This document shows, one piece after another, positions 9,101-16,465 of a DNA stretch of 23,584 nt (within the stretch, counting starts at the first letter, position 1; every line of letters begins with the position of its first letter). Below the pieces are notes generated by a model. The model had not been told where the DNA came from, did not search any database, and saw only the letters and a program-made list of their open reading frames with translations. The position numbers and the translations under genes are program-made. Source of the stretch: an uncultured delta proteobacterium (GTDB lineage: Bacteria > Myxococcota > Myxococcia > Myxococcales > Anaeromyxobacteraceae); assembly GCA_963814585.1 (NCBI GenBank), contig CAWFDF010000006.1, positions 1 through 23,584 of the forward strand. Reading direction: 5' to 3'.

Positions 9101-9419
9101 CGGCGGTCGCTGCACCGCCTGCCACCGCCCGCACTCCTCGAGCCAGGTCCGCCTGCTCAGCCAGCCGGCCGGCGAGCTCTGCCAGACCTGCCACAAGACC
9201 CACGCCCAGTTTACCCACCCCATCGGCAAGGGCGTGACCGACCCCAACACCGGCAAGGACATGAACTGCCTCTCCTGCCACGGTCCCCACGGGACCAGCC
9301 AGGATCACATCCTGCTCGGCAACCCGGCCCGCGGGCTCTGCATCCGGTGCCACGACTCCGACTCCGAGGACATGAAGCAGATGCGCAAGCCGAAGCCCGC
9401 AGGGCCCGCGGGAAGCTAG
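6147..9419 (+). CDS. Giant multiheme c-type cytochrome lipoprotein, 42 CXXCH motifs (paired-CXXCH / MtrA-DmsE-like repeats), 1090 aa
   Basis: Manual count of 42 CXXCH from CVACH to CIRCH. Repeating H-x-P-x4-5-CxxCHxPH-x-S...LL...LCxxCH unit. Lipobox LGG-C41 (TGC at 6267). GAGG RBS before ATG 6147 (ATG 6165 is an alternative start). Confidence 0.95.
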   Translation: MFDRSPMTLHAGPRSGARGPHGATLLALAVVAAGVLALGGCSTGAGARGGSAGGSGRKVAAKECVACHAATLKQQARKLTHKPFADDKGCEACHRRHGIVGVNVLQKEEPELCFGCHDKQKKEFGQGVVHEAIRGTGKGKCTSCHAAHSSDLPNLMRVSTNEACATCHKKAQLQGAKVHAPAAKDCGTCHTPHASSQKLLLVKEEKALCGGCHDAGDARMKKAHGGLPISGASCVQCHSPHSAAAAGGLLPSVHAVGSDCAECHTAGSDKAKPFAVKKAAPELCFGCHDTQQADLKKKVVHPPAEGCTDCHSPHAAKGPKLLVQGVRETCAQCHEPIAAKLATRPHAPARDGKCAACHASHGSDNKRLLVATGPALCTGCHQAAADWLKAKVVHAPARSGDCGGCHDPHGSPNAKLLVKGAGELCYGCHQKQKEAFTGDNVHRPVREGQCAACHQPHGSAQAKLLNVPAAKLCDGCHAFDKRYEKTKLHAPLASGGCSACHDPHVAGQPKLLKSPVASLCAGCHEKVAKGLDAKGIVSTHRPVRNGECAACHEPHGSKDKAFLRKGQLEVCGDCHGELVKRLARKDAPSHAPARDGDCDACHAGHASAQPSLLLKAGKQLCLECHDAKDAALVKSHSGYSIEGSSCLGCHDPHYGDRKGLVRRVGHSPFVNRDCGSCHVPAKPGGSEPKTVASGRALCEVCHGDTRTSFAKKFVHTAVKQERCGGCHAPHASTSDKLLSRTGGALCFSCHDPKAFQKKEMHAPVKAGECLKCHDPHASDARGVLVRTGNELCLGCHAEQKRELASKHVHAAVTGGACTDCHDPHGSPYPAMLVSSREKLCLKCHDTRKPAIQAAHQRFPLAGVDCASCHNPHGSSQAGLIRSNSHQVFSACARCHATTGAKPQALLAQSPALCFRCHGDKKTEVSAKTGVHAAAQGDCTDCHTPHASNEKGLVKGNKERAVCLGCHDGIKGDLERSRSIHPVKAAGGRCTACHRPHSSSQVRLLSQPAGELCQTCHKTHAQFTHPIGKGVTDPNTGKDMNCLSCHGPHGTSQDHILLGNPARGLCIRCHDSDSEDMKQMRKPKPAGPAGS

Positions 9420-9421
9420 GC

Positions 9422-10399
9422 GTGCGCCCGGGCGCGGCCATCTCCGTCGGCCTCCTCCTGGCGGTGCTGGCGGCGCCTGGTCGCGCCGGCGAGGAGGAGA
9501 CCACCTCACCGCTGGCGGTGGAGGACCTGGCCCCCGTCGCCATCACCTACGGCCACTTCTACGAGGGCGCCTTCCAGGGGCCGACCGGGGTGACCTGCGA
9601 CGCCCGCACCGGCGAGATGTACGTGGCCGACTCGGGCCGCGGACTGGTCGGCATCTTCGACCGGCGAGGCGCTCCGCTCTTCACGTTCGGAGACCCTGGC
9701 CGGCTCTCCAGCCCCGTCAAGGCCCTCGTCGATCGGGAAGGGAAGATCCTGGTCCTCGACGGCGTCGACCGGCGTCGGATCAGGCGTTACAGCTACCGCG
9801 GCGAGTTCCTGTCCTTCCTGGAGCTCGAGGGCATGGAGGCCAAGCCCAAGCTGGCCATCACCGCCATCGGGCTCGACGGCCAGGGGAACCTCTTCGTCGG
9901 CGACTCGGGCCACGGCGAGGTGCTGGCGTTCGACCCGAAGGGGCGGCTCCTGTTCCGCTTCGGCAACAAGGGCAAGGGCGCGAACGAGTTCGAGGCGATC
10001 ATGGGGATCGCCGTCACCGCCGAGCGCATCTACGTCTCGGACAGCGCGGGGCTCGGCGTCCAGGTCTTCGACCGGCGCGGCCGCTACCTGCGAGGCTGGG
10101 GGCGCCACGAGGCCGGGCGCGAGAACGTCTCCTTCCCGCACGGCATCAGCGTGGACGGGAAGGGCCGGATCGCCCTGGTCGACTCCCTGCGTCACGAGAT
10201 CAAGCTCTACGCTCCGGATGGCAAGCTGATCGGGCAATACGGTGGGGCGGGGAAGCGTCCGGGCGACGTCCTCTACCCGGCCGACGCCTCCTTCGACGGC
10301 ACGGGGAGGCTCTGCGTGGCCGATCGCGGCAACAACCGAGTGCAGGTCCTCGAGCCGCGCGAGCCGGCCCCGAAGCAGGCCCCGAAGCCGGCGCCGTGA
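9422..10399 (+). CDS. Exported NHL-repeat six-bladed beta-propeller, 325 aa
   Basis: GTG 2 nt after the upstream stop, in the frame of ORF 8672..10399. Signal peptide (VRPGAAISVGLLLAVLAAPGRA) then NHL repeats: FQGPTGV...MYVADSG, LSSPVKALVD, LFVGDSG, IYVSDS, FPHGISVD...LVDS, YPADASFD...VADRGNNRVQV. Confidence 0.9.
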   Translation: MRPGAAISVGLLLAVLAAPGRAGEEETTSPLAVEDLAPVAITYGHFYEGAFQGPTGVTCDARTGEMYVADSGRGLVGIFDRRGAPLFTFGDPGRLSSPVKALVDREGKILVLDGVDRRRIRRYSYRGEFLSFLELEGMEAKPKLAITAIGLDGQGNLFVGDSGHGEVLAFDPKGRLLFRFGNKGKGANEFEAIMGIAVTAERIYVSDSAGLGVQVFDRRGRYLRGWGRHEAGRENVSFPHGISVDGKGRIALVDSLRHEIKLYAPDGKLIGQYGGAGKRPGDVLYPADASFDGTGRLCVADRGNNRVQVLEPREPAPKQAPKPAP

Positions 10400-10444
10400 T
10401 CCGCGCCGGGGCCGAGGTCCCGGAACCCAAGTCAAATTTCTCGC

Positions 10445-10513
10445 TGGGCCAAAACACCCGGTGCTGGGGCACAAGACCCGCCCCTGGCCTGGCCCGATGG
10501 GCCAAAGCACCCG
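10445..10513 (+). promoter_or_regulatory. Three 16-bp TGGG-N8-CCCG repeats, candidate upstream activating sequences
   Basis: 10445 TGGGCCAAAACACCCG, 10465 TGGGGCACAAGACCCG, 10498 TGGGCCAAAGCACCCG; centred about -158, -138 and -105 from the predicted sigma54 start (~10611). Confidence 0.65.
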
Positions 10514-10583
10514 AAGTCGAACCGGTGTGCGGATCTGTCGTTCAGTTTCTCCAGCGATTCCTAGTAGGTCCGAGTCGGTCCGG

Positions 10584-10600
10584 TTGGCACTCCCGATGCT
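10584..10600 (+). promoter_or_regulatory. Sigma54 (-24/-12) promoter of the OmcS-like gene
   Basis: TTGGCACTCCCGATGCT: near-consensus YTGGCAC-N5-(T)TGCW; GG 10586-10587, GC 10598-10599. Confidence 0.8.
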
Positions 10601-10731
10601 AAGCACCCACATCACGAACTCACCAGATGGTCGACGTGGGACCGGCGGTGCTCGCCGGGAAAGCAGCAGGCAGGGAAGTCCGCCGCAGCCAATCGCGCAG
10701 TGAACCAGACGCCAACCGGAGTCCAACCACC

Positions 10732-11847
10732 ATGAAGAAGCTCGCCTTCATCGCCCTCGCGGCCTTCGCCTTCACGGCGACCGCTGCCGAGTACCATACC
10801 TACACGACGTTGATCTGCAGCGACTGCCACACCATGCACGCCCAGCGGACGCACAGCTTCGGGTCAGAGACCCTCAACGCCAACGACACCGTCGTCTTCG
10901 GCGCTGGCGACACCGGTGGCCACGAGGCCCTGCTGCTCGGCGCCGACGCCAACCGGACCTGCCTGGTCTGCCACAACGGCGCCCGCGGCCCGGACGTCTT
11001 CGGCACGAACTCCAGCTCGTACGCCCTCCAGACCCGCTCCGCCGGCGCCCTGAACGCCGCCACCGGCTACGCCGTCGCCAACGAGGACGGCTACCTCCCC
11101 TACATGGGTCACTCGCTCGGCTCGATGGACATGCCCCCGGGCCGCAACCCCGCCATCTACGCCTACCCCGGCGACATGCAGTGCGTCCGCTGCCACACCG
11201 CCCACGGCCGGCCCAGCTACCGCAACCTGCGTGACCGCGGCAGCGACGCCGTGGTCCGCGAGCCGAGCTACGTGGTCCTGCCGAGCGCCCAGCTGACCAT
11301 GAACTTCGGCTACGACGTCAACCTGTTCGGCAACGACTACAGCGCCGACAGCGTCGTCTACACCTCGGCCGTCGGCTCCACGAACGGCCAGAACAAGATG
11401 ACCGCCTTCTGCGGCATGTGCCACGGCAACTACCACGACGACATCGTCGGCGGCACGGCCCCGAACGACTACTTCCGCCGGCACCCGACCGACCAGATCA
11501 CCCTCACCGCGCGGCAGATCTTCACGGCCGAGACCGCGAACGCCACCAACGTGTCGGTCAAGCTGACCTACATCCAGGGCGCGGCCCTCAACCGCGGCGC
11601 CGAGGGCGGCGTCAACTTCGCCTCCGACCCGACCGCGACGGCGACCGTCGGCTGCCTCACCTGCCACAAGGCCCACGGCAACCTGAACTCCTTCGGCCTC
11701 TTCTTCCCGGGCAACTCGGTCGGGCCGACCGGCGCGAACGTCCACCAGGGTGATGCCAACAAGGAGCAGGGTGGCGGCACGTCGATCCGCAACCTCTGCA
11801 ACACCTGCCACAGCCAGGGCCGTACGCCCGTGGCGGCTTTCCAGTAA
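10732..11847 (+). CDS. omcS: OmcS-family hexaheme c-type cytochrome, probable major nanowire subunit, 371 aa
   Basis: GGAG RBS and Sec signal MKKLAFIALAAFAFTATAA. Six CXXCH. The motif chain follows Geobacter OmcS as I recall it: YHx6CSDCHTMH, LLLG..CLVCH, GH, PPG, CVRCHTAHG..YRNL, M..FCGMCH...H, RHP, V.CLTCHKAH, R.LCNTCH. The symbol denotes family membership, not proven orthology. Confidence 0.85.
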   Translation: MKKLAFIALAAFAFTATAAEYHTYTTLICSDCHTMHAQRTHSFGSETLNANDTVVFGAGDTGGHEALLLGADANRTCLVCHNGARGPDVFGTNSSSYALQTRSAGALNAATGYAVANEDGYLPYMGHSLGSMDMPPGRNPAIYAYPGDMQCVRCHTAHGRPSYRNLRDRGSDAVVREPSYVVLPSAQLTMNFGYDVNLFGNDYSADSVVYTSAVGSTNGQNKMTAFCGMCHGNYHDDIVGGTAPNDYFRRHPTDQITLTARQIFTAETANATNVSVKLTYIQGAALNRGAEGGVNFASDPTATATVGCLTCHKAHGNLNSFGLFFPGNSVGPTGANVHQGDANKEQGGGTSIRNLCNTCHSQGRTPVAAFQ

Positions 11848-11864
11848 CGAGTTCGAGTAGTCCG

Positions 11865-11901
11865 GCGTGGGGAGGGCGAGAGCCCTCCCCACGCTCCTTT
11901 T
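11865..11901 (+). terminator. Intrinsic terminator or mRNA-stabilising hairpin
   Basis: Perfect 13-bp stem GCGTGGGGAGGGC / GCCCTCCCCACGC with a GAGA (GNRA) loop, followed by TCCTTTT, 17 nt after the TAA stop. Confidence 0.8.
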
Positions 11902-11922
11902 CGTGGCATACTGCGAGGCGCC

Positions 11923-12849
11923 GTGTCGACCAGGAAGCCATCAAGGCCCGGGGGAGCGCACCAAGCGGGCTGGCCGCACGCCGCACTGATCCTCATCGCG
12001 CCGCTCCTCCTCGGGGGCTCCTGGCACCAGTACGACAAGCTCGTTTGCAGCGACTGCCACACCATGCACAACAGCGCCGCCGGACAGGCGATGCGCTACG
12101 ACCTCGACGACACCCCGGCCCAGTACCTGCTCCGCAGCAGCAGCCCCGACACGCTCTGCCTGCACTGCCACGGCGCGATGCCGGTGCAGGGCGCGCCCGG
12201 TGTCACGCTCCAGGAGGGCGGGATGCCGCCCTTCGACTCGGCCGCCGGGTTCTTCTCCACCTCCGGCAGCGGGGGACAGCCGGTCATCGGGCTGGGCCAC
12301 GTCATCGGCGTGGCGCCCACCGAGGACCCCGCGACCTACTTCTCCAGCACGGCCATGACGCTCGGCTGCCTGAGCTGCCACGACCAGCACGGCAGCGCCC
12401 TCTACCGCAACCTCCGCCCCGGCCCCTCGGGGCGCGGCGGCAGCGCCTCGCCGCTGGTCACCGAGCGGGTGCTGGCCGGCCAGGGGGCGGGGAGCACCGT
12501 CTACGGCGCCGCCAACGTCCGCTACCAGTCGGGCTTCACCGAGTGGTGCCTCGACTGCCACGACCAGTACAGCCATTACCACTTGGACGTCACCTTCGAG
12601 GCCCGTCCGGATCTCTTCTCCTACTACTCCGCCAACGCCCTCTCGACGACCGGGGCGCAGCTGCCTCGGCCGCGCGTCCAGACGCCCATCCTGGAGGCAG
12701 TGCCGGACCCGACCAACCAGCTCTTCTGCCTCTCCTGCCACAAGGCCCACGGCAGCGGGGCCCCCCGCGGCGTCGTCTACCCCGACCCCGCCGACTCCAG
12801 CTCGCTCTGCGCCCGCTGCCACGTGCCGCCGGCGGCGGTGGCGCCATGA
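11923..12849 (+). CDS. Second OmcS-family hexaheme cytochrome (shorter paralogue), 308 aa
   Basis: GTG start with GAGG RBS and hydrophobic signal. WHx6CSDCHTMHNS, YLLR..CLHCH, GH, CLSCHDQHG..YRNL, FTEWCLDCH, CLSCHKAHGS, LCARCH: six CXXCH in the same order as the upstream gene. Confidence 0.85.
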   Translation: MSTRKPSRPGGAHQAGWPHAALILIAPLLLGGSWHQYDKLVCSDCHTMHNSAAGQAMRYDLDDTPAQYLLRSSSPDTLCLHCHGAMPVQGAPGVTLQEGGMPPFDSAAGFFSTSGSGGQPVIGLGHVIGVAPTEDPATYFSSTAMTLGCLSCHDQHGSALYRNLRPGPSGRGGSASPLVTERVLAGQGAGSTVYGAANVRYQSGFTEWCLDCHDQYSHYHLDVTFEARPDLFSYYSANALSTTGAQLPRPRVQTPILEAVPDPTNQLFCLSCHKAHGSGAPRGVVYPDPADSSSLCARCHVPPAAVAP

Positions 12850-14290
12850 GTTGGATCCCGCCTGGAAGGCGCCGCCTGCTCCGCGGCGCCGTCGCCGCGG
12901 TCCTGCTGACGGCGCTGCCGAATGCCGCCTCCGCCGGTCTCGAGGCCTTCCGCACCTCCCGCCACGGCGACCCGGTCAGCGGGCCGCTGCGCGATCGCAA
13001 GTACCGGCCAGGGACCTGCCTGCAGTGCCACGGCAGCTCCCGGGACTCCTCCGTCGGTGGCTCGGCCAACCGGATGGCGCTCTTCGCGGCCAACGACGAC
13101 CAGCTCTGCCTCACCTGCCACAAGGCAGCCCGCGGCTCCTTCCCGGGTCCGTCGCTGGTGACCCGCTCGACGCACAGCCGGTCGTCGCTGGTGGTCTGGC
13201 CCGGGCCGGTTCCGAAGCAGCGCCCCCGGGGCGACGGAGGACTCTGCCTCAACTGCCATGATCCGCACGGGCGGACCGACGCGCTCGGCCCATCCCGGCC
13301 ATGCTGGTCGCGCGCGGCGACGACCTGTGCCTCGCCTGCCACCGCGGTGGCGGGGGTGGTTCCGACATCTCCTCCGAGCTGAACGAGATCAGCCGGCACC
13401 CGCGCCTCGGCGGCGGTGCCGGGATGGGCGCCACGCTCCAGGGGACGGTCTGCGTCGATTGCCACAATCCGCACCTGGCACGGCGCGACTCCACCGGCAC
13501 CCAAGTCGGCACCGCCGGCCTGATGGACGGAGTCCGCCGGGTCAGGCCGGTCAACGGCGCGCCCGGCTCCCTGCCGCGGCTCGTCCCGGTGGGGCCGGAG
13601 GACCGCTCCCCGACCCAGGAGTACGAGGTCTGCTTCCGCTGCCACGCCGGCGCGACGGGCGCCGCCGCCGGGCTAGCGGCGCCGACGGGCGCCGGGCTGC
13701 TGCCGCCCACGGGCGCCGGGCTGGTGCCGGCGACGGGCGCGAGCGCCGCGGTGGCCCGCGGCGAGGTCGCCTCGGTCCTCAACCCGGCCAACGCCTCCTA
13801 CCACCCGGTCGAGGCCCCGGGGCGGGACGGCGCCATCGACCAGGCCGCCTTCGTCAGCGGCTGGCGCTCCGGCCAGATGGTCACCTGCAGCGACTGCCAC
13901 GGCTCCGGCAGTGGCCGCGTCAGGGGGCCGCACGGCTCGAGCTTCCCGAAACTGTTGAAGAAGCGATACCCGGTCGCGGCGCCAACCGCCCAGCCGGAAC
14001 CCTCCGACCTCTGCCTCGACTGCCACGCCTGGGGCGCCTATGCCGCCGCCGGTGCGGGGAGGGTCGCCACCGCGAGCCGCTACGGCGGCCACGCCTCGCA
14101 CGCCGGCCAGGGCCTCTCCTGCCACGCCTGCCACGAGCCCCACGGCAGCCCGAAGCTCCCCTCGCTCCTGGCGATTCGCTCGCCGGGCCTGGTCACCTAC
14201 CAGCGCGACGCTTCGGGCGGCACCTGCACCGTGAGCTGCCACGCCAAGACCCCGCCCACCGCCAGCTACCGGCTGGCCTACCCGCGGTAG
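12846..14290 (+). CDS. Multiheme cytochrome c (9 CXXCH + 1 CX3CH), ~481 aa, frameshifted at 13289-13291
   Basis: ATG 12846 overlaps the upstream TGA. Signal peptide, CLQCH, CLTCH, CLNCHDPHG in the first frame; CLACH, CVDCH, CFRCH, CSDCH, CLDCH, CHACH, CTVSCH in the frame of ORF 13301..14290. Adding one C gives continuous ...DALGPIPAMLVARGDDLCLACH. Confidence 0.85.
13655..13741 (+). repeat. In-frame tandem repeat (ACGGGCGC... at 13655, 13685, 13709, 13733; ~24-bp unit, TGAGLxxx)
   Basis: Peptide TGAAAGLAAP-TGAGLLPP-TGAGLVPA-TGA between CFRCH and NPANASYHPV. Confidence 0.7.
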
Positions 14291-14305
14291 GCCAGCTCCG
14301 AACCG

Positions 14306-16465
14306 ATGGGATCCCAGGCTACCCACCGCCAGCGCGCCGCCCTGATCGCCTGCCTGCTCGCGCTCGCCCCGGGCGCGGCGGAGGCCGCCGTGGACGGCCT
14401 GGGGGCCACCGCCCAGCTGCAGTACAACTGGTTCGAGACCGGAGACAACTCCTCCGACGCGATCAACCAGCGCTACTACCTGTTCTTCGACAAGCCGCTC
14501 TCAGGCCTCCTCCAGTACCGGGCCAAGCTCGGCTACATCGAGGATCACGCCAACATCTACACGGAGGGCATGCGCCCGGGGCAGCGGGCGGTCCAGCCGG
14601 GGCTGCAGCTCGACTACAAGCTCGGCTGGCTGACGGTGAACGGGCTCTACGAGTACCAATGGATCCAGCGGTTCTCCAGGGACGTGGAGGCGGTGACCGC
14701 CACCAACCACCGGGGCGACACCACGGCGAACATCCAGGCCACCGAGAACCTCCGCTTCATCGGCCATTTCGAGTGGCTGGGCCAGCGGCAGGCGAGCACC
14801 GGCGTGCGGCTCGACCGGTACCGGGCCGAGGCCAACGCCACCTGGCAGCGCGGGGTCAACTCCGTCTCGCTCGGCCCGGTCCTCGACGTCTACGACAACT
14901 CGGCCACCGGCTACCACCGGACCACGCTCTCCCCGACCCTCAAGGCGACCTACGGCGGCACCTGGCTCGGCGGGACGCTCAGCGTCTCGCTGAACGCCGC
15001 CGGGGCCTACAGCCAGATCGACGAATCGGCCCGCGGGACCAGCCCGGTCAACGAGCCGCGCGAGATCGAGCCGCTCGCCGCGCTCTACGTGGTGAGCGGC
15101 ACGCCCGCCGACACCACCGCCACGCCCTCCTCCTCCATCCCCGCGCTGATCGACGGAAACTACGTCGCCAGCACGGGGATCTCGCTGGGGCCAGACGGCG
15201 TCTCGTCGCAGAACCTGGCGCTCGACATGGGCCGGGTGATCACCCTCGACGAGTTCCGCATCTACGTCCGTGACCCCGCCGGCAACCCGCTCCAGGAGGG
15301 CGGCCCGGTGACCTGGACGGTCTACACCAGCCTCGATGGGCTGCGCTGGGTCCCCACCGCCTCCGCCGGGGCCTCCTTCGACCTGGGGCTGAGCGCCTGG
15401 ACCATCGCCTTCACGCCGACCGAGGCGCGCTACTTCAAGGTGGTCAACTTCGGGGTCAACCAGCTCCCGACCGTGGTGACCGAGATGGAGATCTACGAGC
15501 ACCGGGTCTTCCTCCCCGACGAGCACCGGACCTCCTGGACCGCGACCCAGCTGGTGGGGGGAGGCCTGACGCTCCAGCTCGCGAGCAAGCTCTCGGCCAC
15601 CGTGTCCGGCAGCCTCGGCGCCAACCAGCAGCGGCCAGCCGGGCGCGCGCCCTACGACTCCCTCACCGACGTGATCATCCTCGGGCTGACCGCGGGCCCC
15701 TGGGCGGACCTCACCTTCTCGGGCTCTTACAGCCACAACGACTTCGCCAGGACCGCCTCCCCCACGCTGGCCGGCGACATCGGCTCGCTCGGCGTGACCT
15801 TCGCGCCGAGCCCGCTCCTGTCCACCGGCCTGACGGCCTCGGCCCAGCGGCAGGACTACGGCGACTTCCGGCTCGAGTCACAGGGGCTGTCACTCACCGT
15901 CGGCCTGAACCCCATGAGGAAGCTCAACCTCGGCGGCTACGCCACGGTGAACCGGTCGGTGAACTACCCGTACAGGCTGGAGCAGACCGTCATGTCGTAT
16001 GGCGGCAGCGCCCTCCTCCTCCTGCACCGGGCCTTCGACGTCACGCTGGCCGCCTCGGTGCAGCAGATCCTCTCGGGAGAGCAGAACCTGATCCCGGTCG
16101 GGGTTCCGATCGTCCCCATGGCCATCCAGCGCAGCTACGCCGCGACGCTGCGCTACCACCCGAACGCCCAGCTCGATCTGAGCGCCCAGTTCGGGTATAC
16201 CGAGACCGGAGTGGCCGATGGCCCCGTCCAGAACTACCGCGTCTACTGGATCCCCTTCCCGAGCGGCGCCTTCAGCCTCGTCATCAACTACCAGCAGAAC
16301 ATCGAGCCGATCTCGGGCTCGAGCCTGAGCCGACTCTCCCTCATGCCGGGGTGGAACATCAGCAAGCACGTGGCCCTCACCGGGACGGCCTTCCGCCAGT
16401 GGGGCACGGGCCCGTTCACGGTCCCGCTCGAGACCTACTACCTGGCACTGACCTTCTTCCTATGA
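14306..16465 (+). CDS. Outer-membrane beta-barrel protein with an inserted F5/8 type C (discoidin-like) domain, 719 aa
   Basis: Signal peptide ending AEA. Long runs of alternating amphipathic, Tyr/Gly/Ser-rich strands; C-terminal beta-signal-like YYLALTFFL. Central LIDGN...LALDMG...FRIY...WTVYTSLDGLRW...ARYFKVV...VTEMEIY segment (~15146-15499). Confidence 0.8.
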   Translation: MGSQATHRQRAALIACLLALAPGAAEAAVDGLGATAQLQYNWFETGDNSSDAINQRYYLFFDKPLSGLLQYRAKLGYIEDHANIYTEGMRPGQRAVQPGLQLDYKLGWLTVNGLYEYQWIQRFSRDVEAVTATNHRGDTTANIQATENLRFIGHFEWLGQRQASTGVRLDRYRAEANATWQRGVNSVSLGPVLDVYDNSATGYHRTTLSPTLKATYGGTWLGGTLSVSLNAAGAYSQIDESARGTSPVNEPREIEPLAALYVVSGTPADTTATPSSSIPALIDGNYVASTGISLGPDGVSSQNLALDMGRVITLDEFRIYVRDPAGNPLQEGGPVTWTVYTSLDGLRWVPTASAGASFDLGLSAWTIAFTPTEARYFKVVNFGVNQLPTVVTEMEIYEHRVFLPDEHRTSWTATQLVGGGLTLQLASKLSATVSGSLGANQQRPAGRAPYDSLTDVIILGLTAGPWADLTFSGSYSHNDFARTASPTLAGDIGSLGVTFAPSPLLSTGLTASAQRQDYGDFRLESQGLSLTVGLNPMRKLNLGGYATVNRSVNYPYRLEQTVMSYGGSALLLLHRAFDVTLAASVQQILSGEQNLIPVGVPIVPMAIQRSYAATLRYHPNAQLDLSAQFGYTETGVADGPVQNYRVYWIPFPSGAFSLVINYQQNIEPISGSSLSRLSLMPGWNISKHVALTGTAFRQWGTGPFTVPLETYYLALTFFL

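Noticed and set aside
10445..10513. Short repeats read as a mini CRISPR array
   Set aside because: 16-bp imperfect units with 4- and 17-bp gaps and no cas genes; position fits activator sites.
11904..11919. TGGCAT...GC as a fourth sigma54 promoter
   Set aside because: GG-to-GC gap is 11 nt, not 10, and the start would fall inside the coding sequence.
12846..12935. Twin-arginine-like GRRRLL in the decaheme signal peptide
   Set aside because: c-type cytochromes are normally Sec-exported before heme attachment; Arg-rich n-regions are common in GC-rich genomes and the Tat consensus Phe is absent.
14306..16465. Calling the barrel MtrB/PioB and the cytochromes MtrA/MtrC
   Set aside because: No MtrB-specific features recognised; the discoidin insert and CsgG/PelC-like partners argue for a different system, so no symbol was given.
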